Origin: Pseudomonadota bacterium
GTDB taxonomy: Bacteria > Pseudomonadota > Alphaproteobacteria > Kiloniellales > JAKSDN01
Length of the DNA: 64,000 nucleotides
Assembly (NCBI GenBank): GCA_039029395.1
Contig: JBCCGG010000001.1
Location: 26,974 to 90,973, forward strand
Direction: 5' to 3'
Positions 31,027-39,365 of the stretch are shown piece after piece. The notes below the pieces were generated by a model that was given only the letters and a program-made list of their open reading frames with translations, was not told the DNA's origin and ran no database searches. Every line of letters begins with the position of its first letter. The stretch's first letter is position 1. A program made the position numbers and the translations under genes.

Positions 31027-31109
31027 GCGGATGATGCTCGACGGGAGAGAGCGCTAGGCTGAAACCCTAGTAGCCAAAAGCTGAGGGGGTTCGAATCCCT
31101 CCATCCACC
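31027..31109 (+). tRNA. tRNA-like element: cloverleaf with anticodon GAA (Phe) but a long class-II variable arm, and no encoded CCA
   Basis: The fold was drawn manually:
- acceptor stem GCGGATG/CATCCAC, with one C2:A71 mismatch
- D-stem GCTC/GAGC, with GG in the loop
- anticodon stem CTAGG/CCTAG, with loop CTGAAAC
- a 14-nt variable arm containing an AGC/GCT mini-hairpin
- T-arm GGGGG-TTCGAAT-CCCTC. Confidence 0.45.
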
Positions 31110-31432
31110 TGCTTGAGGTGCAGGCTTCAAATCCAAGGTCGCCGGAAGAGCGCCAGGCTCGCTTGGGGCCAGGCGTAGGCGCGTCCCGCGCAGATCCGGA
31201 CCGCGCGCGGCCCTCGGTGTCGTCAGACCGACCGGCACGCCGCCACCGCCTCCGGCCCAACCTTGCGGGCCGGGGCGGCGCGGCACCCTGGAAGGTCGCG
31301 CGCCCTCGAGGCCGCCGCGCCGGGCCCGCCCGCGCGCCGCCGTCGGTGCTCTTCCGGTCGATCTTGCCAATTATTCATTTGGAACTTTTCGTTCCACCAC
31401 GTGAGTACATTGTTGTTAGAGGAGTAGGACCG

Positions 31433-32569
31433 ATGATTATGAAGACCGAGCGAATCTCGGACAGCGAGCTTGGGCTCCTGTACCGGGACCGGGTCTTCCA
31501 GGACGTTTTGGGACCCGGAGTCTACCGGCTGTGGCGGACCGCCGTGCGGCCGGAGATGGTCAAGCTCGACCTCAGCAAGCTGCCGGTGCGTGAGCCGGCG
31601 CTGGACGCCCTGTGGCTGACCAACCCGACGGTTGTCGCCGAGCACTTCGTGGTCGCCGACATGGCCGACGGCGAGCTCGGCCTGGTTTCGGCCGACGGCA
31701 AGCTGGTCGATATCGTGGCCCCGGGCCGGACCGCGTTCTACGCCAAGCGGCTGCGGCGGGTTACCGTCCAGGTGCTCGACGCGGCCAGCGAGATCGAGGT
31801 GCCAAAGGCCCTGGTCGCGCCGCTCGCGCGGCTCGGCGCCGAGGATCTGGTGGAGAGCGTTCAGGTGGCGTCCGACAACGTCGGTCTGCTTTACCTGGAC
31901 GGCGTGCTCGAGCGTCAGCTGGCGCCCGGCCGCTACGCCTTCTTCCGGGCGACCCGGCGGGTCCAGGTCATCACCCTCGACCTGCGGCTGCAGAGCCTGG
32001 AGGTGACCGGTCAGGAGGTGCTGACCAAGGACCGGATCGCCCTGCGGGCCAATGTCACGGCGGTGTTCCGCATCGCCGAGCCTCTGAAGGCCGTGTCGCT
32101 GACGGCGAACCTGAAGGACTACCTCTACAAGGCGCTTCAGTTCGCCGTACGGCAGGTGATCGGCACCCGGAGCCTCGAGGAGGTGCTGGGTGACAAGCAG
32201 GGCATCAACCAGGCGATCACCGATCGGCTGGTGCCCGGCTTGGCCGAAGCCGGTCTTGAGGTGCCCTCGGTCGGCGTCAAGGACATCATCCTGCCCGGCG
32301 ACGTGCGGGAATTGATGAACCGGGTGATCGAGGCCGAGAAGACCGCTCAGGCCAACGTCATCAAGCGGCGCGAGGAGACCGCGGCGACGCGCTCCCTGCT
32401 CAACACCGCGAAGCTGATGGAGGACAACCCCATCCTGCTTCGGCTGAAGGAGCTGGAGGCGCTCGAGAAGGTCTCCGAGAAGGTCGGCAACGTGATCGTC
32501 GGCACTGGCCTCGACGGCGTGCTCGACGATCTGGTGCGGATCAAGCCGCGGTCTAACGGCCGGGGCTAA
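31433..32569 (+). CDS. SPFH/band-7 (slipin-like) domain protein
   Basis: Starting at MIMKTER, which is preceded by a GAGGAG ribosome-binding site, gives 378 aa. The protein has the band-7 core and a C-terminal coiled coil. The 105-codon Arg/Pro-rich extension back to 31118 was rejected. Confidence 0.75.
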   Translation: MIMKTERISDSELGLLYRDRVFQDVLGPGVYRLWRTAVRPEMVKLDLSKLPVREPALDALWLTNPTVVAEHFVVADMADGELGLVSADGKLVDIVAPGRTAFYAKRLRRVTVQVLDAASEIEVPKALVAPLARLGAEDLVESVQVASDNVGLLYLDGVLERQLAPGRYAFFRATRRVQVITLDLRLQSLEVTGQEVLTKDRIALRANVTAVFRIAEPLKAVSLTANLKDYLYKALQFAVRQVIGTRSLEEVLGDKQGINQAITDRLVPGLAEAGLEVPSVGVKDIILPGDVRELMNRVIEAEKTAQANVIKRREETAATRSLLNTAKLMEDNPILLRLKELEALEKVSEKVGNVIVGTGLDGVLDDLVRIKPRSNGRG

Positions 32570-32572
32570 GGC

Positions 32573-32617
32573 AGGGGCCGGGATGTCCAGGAAAGGATCT
32601 CCCGGCCCCTTTCTTGT
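32573..32617. terminator. bidirectional rho-independent terminator between the convergent SPFH and MBL genes
   Basis: A 10-bp GC hairpin AGGGGCCGGG ... CCCGGCCCCT is followed by TTCTT. Confidence 0.6.
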
Positions 32618-32632
32618 ATACGGCCCTCATTG

Positions 32633-33928
32633 TTACTCCGGCATCTTTGGCGGCGTGTAACCTTTCCATTTGCCGGCTTGGATTTCCTTCGACGGCGACT
32701 TCTGCTCCGTGCGCGGCGCGTCCACGTAGCCTTTGGTCACATCCGGCGGCAGAACGTACTCGTCTACCGACGCCATGCGCACGACGATGTCGTCCTTCGT
32801 GACGTTGATCACCATGAGGTCGCGCGCCAGGGCCAGCGGGCCGTCGTAGGTTTTGCGCACGCCGTCCATGATCGCGGCGTTGTTCTCCGGCGATTGCACC
32901 GAATGGTAACCGACGGCCAGGCGCGGCTTGACGGCGGACATCACCTTGCCGAAAGCCTGGGGCTCGGTGTGCACACGCGTCGACACATAGGTCGCCTGGC
33001 GCAGATCCCAGCCGTAGTACTCGGCCAGGGCTTCGGGCGGCAGGAAGGCTTCGTGGGAGGCCACGTCCGCGTCGGTGGCAAATTTGATGTACCACTTGTT
33101 GGGGTAGGTATCGCCGCCGAACACGTACTTCAGCCCGTTCCATTCAAGGCTATAGCTGACCGAGCCGTCCAGGCTATGAATCGCCGGCCAAGATCGGATC
33201 GTCACACCGTTGTCCTGGTAGACGATCTCGTTCTCTTGCTTGTAATCGAATTCGTGCACGACGATCTGTGCCCCCTTGTCAGGCAAGGCGCCGCTGCGTG
33301 TGGCGAGATCCCAGGCGTAGCCCTTCCGCATACCGTCGACGAAGGCCTTTGTGCCCAGCTCCGGCGTGGAGCCGCTAGGCCCGTAGATGTGAATTGGGGT
33401 GTAGCGCCCGCTGAGCCAGCTGGCGATGTGCAAGGCCATGAAGTCGCCTACGTGATCGACGTGGAGATGGCTGGCGAAGACCTTGTCGAGCTTGGAAAAA
33501 TCCGGCCTGAGGGAGAAGAGGTTGGCGAGCATCCCGGAGCCAGCGTCGAAAATGAACTTATCTCCGTTGCCCAACTCGACCAGGTAGGAGATCGACACAG
33601 CGGCACGGGTCTGGTTCGGCATGCCCGTGCCGAGCGCCGTGATGCGCATCTCGTCGGCGCCGAGCAGCTCTGTGTTGGGGAAGTAACTGGCTGGGTACTT
33701 CCCATCGACGATGGCCGCGGGCGCGCGCCCCCGCGGCGCATTGTCCATCGCATCGGTGGCTTCTGCCACCTGAGTCGCTTGGGCTTGGGCCGTGGCAACG
33801 CTGAAGGCGTTGGCAATCTCATCGACGTAGGCGGACACCCAATCCTTTTGCCCGACCAAAGCCGCGCCGCAGGCCGCTCCGACGGCGAACAGAAGCATGC
33901 CCGAAACCAGAGGCTGAACCTTTACCAT
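32633..33928 (-). CDS. secreted MBL-fold metallo-hydrolase
   Basis: A signal peptide is followed by the metallo-beta-lactamase motif HLHVDHVGD (HxHxDH), plus downstream His/Asp ligands. Confidence 0.7.
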   Translation of the reverse strand: MVKVQPLVSGMLLFAVGAACGAALVGQKDWVSAYVDEIANAFSVATAQAQATQVAEATDAMDNAPRGRAPAAIVDGKYPASYFPNTELLGADEMRITALGTGMPNQTRAAVSISYLVELGNGDKFIFDAGSGMLANLFSLRPDFSKLDKVFASHLHVDHVGDFMALHIASWLSGRYTPIHIYGPSGSTPELGTKAFVDGMRKGYAWDLATRSGALPDKGAQIVVHEFDYKQENEIVYQDNGVTIRSWPAIHSLDGSVSYSLEWNGLKYVFGGDTYPNKWYIKFATDADVASHEAFLPPEALAEYYGWDLRQATYVSTRVHTEPQAFGKVMSAVKPRLAVGYHSVQSPENNAAIMDGVRKTYDGPLALARDLMVINVTKDDIVVRMASVDEYVLPPDVTKGYVDAPRTEQKSPSKEIQAGKWKGYTPPKMPE

Positions 33929-34142
33929 GAACCTCTCCTCTCGATGGCTCGTGCGGCAGGCCCTCTTGTGCAGTTGTTGCGGGCCTCGCCGATCGACGAA
34001 TTCACGTCGTTGTGGACACCCCTTGTGACAGTTATCTTAGGCCGAAGATCGCGAATTATCTATCTACTAGAATGGGTAGGGTAATGCGGTTGAACTTGAT
34101 GTAGGTCAAATTTCCCAATCAGATTGAAATAAGGCTTGGGTC

Positions 34143-35873
34143 TTGTCAGCAGCGCGAAGCGCGTACTTCGGCATCCTTTTGATAGGACTTTTCCTGTCGG
34201 CCGGCGATGCGTGGGGCGACTGGATCAATCTGACGGGCGCAGAGAGCGCGCCTAACATCGCCGAGATCTTCGTAGGCGAGGACGGTGTGCGCGTTGGCTT
34301 GGAATTGTCCCTTGCCGAGCTCGAGCGTTTGCCTGAGGCCGACGAAGACGTGGCGCGCCTGGCCATGGAGAGCCTGACGGTGCACACCGATCAGGGCACG
34401 CAATTGCCGGTCAATCTGATGCGCGCAGAGCGCCGCCCGCGCAAGCCCCGGGCCCCGCCGCTAAAGGGCGCGATCAACCCGACGACTGGCCAACCGGTCC
34501 GGGAGCAGGCCGAGCAGAGCGACGTGCTTTTCCTCGATTTGGAATACCCATTCGCGGAACGCCCGGCCGCGCTCATTTTTTCTCCGCCGCTCGACGAGTC
34601 TGGTCGCGCCCGTCTCACGCTCGGCTTCATTGTCACGCACCGTGCGGTGCCGGTGATCGACTTCCGCTATTTGTCGGCGCCGGCGCGTTTGACGCTGGAC
34701 TGGAACGACCCTTGGTACAGCGCCTTCGATCAGTCCAATTTGACGCGGCAGTTCAACGATCCCCTTATGAGCTTTCTATACCTCGAGCCGCGCGAGGTGC
34801 GCCATGAGATCCTCGTGCGCCTGCGCGACCTGGGCCGATGGATGGATCTCGGCCTGGGTGGCGAGGCTTTGATCCCAGCCGGCGCGCAAACACAGTTTCT
34901 GGAGCGGGTCGCCGCCTTCTTCGCGGCGCGCAACCCCCTGCGGATCGAAGGTCAAGCCCGATCGCCGGAAATCGCCCGTGCCCAGTTTGTCACGCTCTCC
35001 CGATCGGGCTTACAGCTGCTCGAGGGCGATCGCACGCTCGACCCGGACACGGCAATGATCGGCGTGATCCTGCGCTACGCCGTCGAACGAATTCCTCAAG
35101 AAGTCGAGGTTGAATGGCAGCTGTTCGACGAGCAGGCAACGCGGGTTCCGGCGACAATGATCGATCCGGCCGGGCCCTTCGTCATGGACGTGGGGCCGGG
35201 CGATCCGGTGATCCAATGGCGCAATGTCCTTCGGGACGACCCGGAGCCCGTTATCATCGCCGTCCCCCTGGGGCCCGAGCAGTTGTTTCGACTTCCCTTG
35301 ATCTCCTTGGGATTTCTGGCGGTTGCGCTGGTCGCCGCCGGATTGGCATTGCGCCCGCGCGTGCTAGCCCGTCGCACATCGATCGGGATCGGCCTGGTCG
35401 GCCTGCTCTTGGCGGTCTTGGCCTTGCCCTTTGCCGGTATCCACCTGCGCTCACCCTTTGCCGGCGCGCCGGCGCCCGCGACCCTCACGCAAATCGTTGT
35501 AAACTTGCACGGCGCTTTGCGTGAGACGGTGGATCTGCGCCGGCGCGATGCTCTCGCGGTGAGCGTTGCCCCGGAGCACTTGGAAGACTTGGAGGCCGAA
35601 GCGCAACGAGGCTTGGCGATCGAGGTTCTTGGCGGTGGGTCGGCCGCTGTCGACCGCGTCGATGGCGTCGAGATCAAAGAGGCGTCTGCCCTGCCTGGCG
35701 GCGGCTTTCGTGTCCGTGCCGCCTGGCGCGCCGATGCCAGCGCTGGCCATTGGGGCCACCGTCATAGGCGTCAAATGGTATTTGAGGCGCTCTTCGACCT
35801 CATGCCGATCGAAGGCACATGGAAGCTGACCGGGCTGACGGTGCTAAGAGCTCAGCCTGTCGATCAAGTTTAG
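34143..35873 (+). CDS. hypothetical secreted/membrane protein (576 aa) with an N-terminal signal peptide and two late TM helices
   Basis: It is a long ORF with coding-like codon usage. The signal peptide is MSAARSAYFGILLIGLFLSAGDAWG. Two hydrophobic segments sit around residues 385-440. No recognisable domain was found. Confidence 0.5.
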   Translation: MSAARSAYFGILLIGLFLSAGDAWGDWINLTGAESAPNIAEIFVGEDGVRVGLELSLAELERLPEADEDVARLAMESLTVHTDQGTQLPVNLMRAERRPRKPRAPPLKGAINPTTGQPVREQAEQSDVLFLDLEYPFAERPAALIFSPPLDESGRARLTLGFIVTHRAVPVIDFRYLSAPARLTLDWNDPWYSAFDQSNLTRQFNDPLMSFLYLEPREVRHEILVRLRDLGRWMDLGLGGEALIPAGAQTQFLERVAAFFAARNPLRIEGQARSPEIARAQFVTLSRSGLQLLEGDRTLDPDTAMIGVILRYAVERIPQEVEVEWQLFDEQATRVPATMIDPAGPFVMDVGPGDPVIQWRNVLRDDPEPVIIAVPLGPEQLFRLPLISLGFLAVALVAAGLALRPRVLARRTSIGIGLVGLLLAVLALPFAGIHLRSPFAGAPAPATLTQIVVNLHGALRETVDLRRRDALAVSVAPEHLEDLEAEAQRGLAIEVLGGGSAAVDRVDGVEIKEASALPGGGFRVRAAWRADASAGHWGHRHRRQMVFEALFDLMPIEGTWKLTGLTVLRAQPVDQV

Positions 35874-36313
35874 CTGCGGCCGACGATGTAGTCGCGCAGG
35901 ACGTGGGTCTCGGTCTCCAGCTCGTCCAGACGATTCTTGACCACGTCGCCAATCGAGATGATGCCACTCAGCTTGCCGTCCTCGGTGACCGGCAGGTGGC
36001 GGATCCGGCGGCGAGTCATCTCGCCCATGATCTCGGTGACATTGTCGCCTGGCGAGCAGGTCTGAACTTCGCGGGTCATGATGTCGGACACCGGCATGTC
36101 CAGCAGCCGGCCGCCATGCTCGGGCAGCCCGCGGACGATATCGCGCTCGGACACGATGCCCTCGACGCGCTCGCCGTCGCTGCTGACCACCAGGGCGCCG
36201 CAGCCTTCCAGCTTGAGCCGATGGGAAACGGTATCGACCGTAGCATCCGGCTGCACAGTGGCGCAGCGATTCGCATTATCCCCTTTTGCGCGCAGAATAT
36301 CCTGGACTTTCAT
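35870..36313 (-). CDS. CBS domain pair protein
   Basis: The 147-aa ORF has two CBS repeats (DIMTREVQTCSPGDNVTEIMGEM, RHLPVTEDGKLSGIISIGDVV). Confidence 0.75.
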   Translation of the reverse strand: MKVQDILRAKGDNANRCATVQPDATVDTVSHRLKLEGCGALVVSSDGERVEGIVSERDIVRGLPEHGGRLLDMPVSDIMTREVQTCSPGDNVTEIMGEMTRRRIRHLPVTEDGKLSGIISIGDVVKNRLDELETETHVLRDYIVGRS

Positions 36314-36487
36314 TACAATTCCCTCCTAACCGGCGTGGCCCACATGAAGCACAACCTGGTCCAAAGGGGCCACAAGAGCGCTGGACCTAGTATAGGCCCA
36401 AAAAGCGCGGCAGGTTAAGCCGGTCATTTTCCCATGCACCACCGCCGCTGGCCTTAAGATCCCTAAAGGTGTAGTCTAAGCTATCAA

Positions 36488-36566
36488 ACGGCTGGGGTGC
36501 CGGCGGGACGTGTCGGCTGAGAGCAAACCCATCGAACCTGATCTGGGTCATGCCAGCGAAGGGAGT
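36488..36566 (+). promoter_or_regulatory. TPP (THI-box) riboswitch controlling the thiO-thiS-thiG-thiE operon
   Basis: It contains the conserved THI-element blocks in the canonical order and spacing: CTGGGGTGCC, GCTGAGAG, ACCCATCGAACCTGATCTGGGTCATGCCAGCG and AAGGGAG. Confidence 0.85.
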
Positions 36567-36573
36567 CGCATCC

Positions 36574-37749
36574 TTGAACGCTCCAAATCCAAATGGGACC
36601 TGCAAGAACCGGCCCACCGTTGCGGTGATCGGCGCCGGTGTCTCGGGCCTGGGGATCGCCTGGCGCCTGGCGGAGGCCGGCTGCCAGGTCGAAGTTTTCG
36701 ATCGGGGACTGGCGGGTCAGGGCGCGAGCCGGGCGGCGGCCGGCATGCTCGCCGGCGGCATCGAGGCGGAACCCGGCGAAGAACCCTTATTGGCCTTGAA
36801 TCGCCTGGCGGCCGAGCTGTGGCCTGGCTTCCGGGACCGGCTCGAGGCCGCGTCTGGCGGCAAGATCGACTACCGGGACGAGGGCACTTTGGTTGCCGCC
36901 TTGACCCGGGACGAAATGGCTCAGCTTCGCTTCCAGTTCGACTACCAGAGCAAGCTCGGCATCGACCTTCAATGGCTGAGCGGCGCCGAGGCGCGCCGCC
37001 GGGAACCTTATCTCAGGCCCGGCGTGGCCGGTGCGATCTATTCACCGGGCGATCATCAGGTCGACAACCGCAAGCTGGCCGAGGCGCTCAAGCGCGCCTT
37101 TCTGGCGGCCGGCGGCACACTCCACGAGGGCTGCCCCATCTCTGCCATCGAGACCGCGGGCGGCGCGGTGCGCGGTGTGACGGTAGAGGACCGGCAGGTT
37201 CCCGCCGATGTGGTCGTGCTGGCGGCCGGCGCGTGGTCGCGCCAGATCGATGGCTTGCCAGAGCAGGCCCTGCCGCCGGTGCGCCCGGTCAAGGGTCAGG
37301 TCTTGGCGCTCAGGATGGACCCGCTCGCGCCGCTTCTGCGCCATGTGCTTTGGGCGCCCAAGATCTACCTAGTGCCACGGCTGGACGGCCGCGTGGTGAT
37401 CGGCGGCACAGTCGAGGAAAAGGGTTTCGACGAAACCCTCACCGCCGGCGGCATTTTCGCCATTCTTGAGGCCGCCTGGCGCGCCCTGCCGGCAATCGAG
37501 GAACTGCCGATCGACGAGTTCTGGGTCGGGTTCCGGCCGACCAGCCGAGACGACGCGCCGATTCTCGGCCCCGGCCCGCTCGACGGGCTGGTGCTGGCGA
37601 CTGGCCACCACAGGAACGGCATCCTGCAGGCCCCCGTGACGGCGGAGCTGGTCAGCCGCTATATTCTCACCGGCGAGCTGGATCCGGCGTTGGAGCCCTT
37701 TGGGTTGGATCGCTTCGCGCGGGACAAGCGCGCGGCTGGCGCGGCGTAA
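36574..37749 (+). CDS. thiO: glycine oxidase ThiO (FAD-dependent)
   Basis: VAVIGAGVSGLGIAW is the dinucleotide-binding motif, in the DAO-family fold. A TTG start at 36574 with a GGGAG ribosome-binding site is proposed, because the ATG at 36550 lies inside the riboswitch aptamer. Confidence 0.7.
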   Translation: MNAPNPNGTCKNRPTVAVIGAGVSGLGIAWRLAEAGCQVEVFDRGLAGQGASRAAAGMLAGGIEAEPGEEPLLALNRLAAELWPGFRDRLEAASGGKIDYRDEGTLVAALTRDEMAQLRFQFDYQSKLGIDLQWLSGAEARRREPYLRPGVAGAIYSPGDHQVDNRKLAEALKRAFLAAGGTLHEGCPISAIETAGGAVRGVTVEDRQVPADVVVLAAGAWSRQIDGLPEQALPPVRPVKGQVLALRMDPLAPLLRHVLWAPKIYLVPRLDGRVVIGGTVEEKGFDETLTAGGIFAILEAAWRALPAIEELPIDEFWVGFRPTSRDDAPILGPGPLDGLVLATGHHRNGILQAPVTAELVSRYILTGELDPALEPFGLDRFARDKRAAGAA

Positions 37750-37762
37750 GGAGCTTTTGGGC

Positions 37763-39358
<1,596 letters not shown>

Positions 39359-39365
39359 AGGTGGC

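Noticed and set aside
31027-31109. tmRNA (ssrA), including the permuted two-piece alphaproteobacterial form
   Set aside because: The element has a bona fide anticodon stem-loop, which tmRNA lacks. I found no Ala-resume tag reading frame ending in AA plus a stop in the 300 nt on either side.
31118-31432. An N-terminal 105-aa extension of the SPFH protein
   Set aside because: The extension is Arg/Pro/Ala-rich with no structure. A strong ribosome-binding site plus ATG at 31433 fits a normal band-7 protein length.
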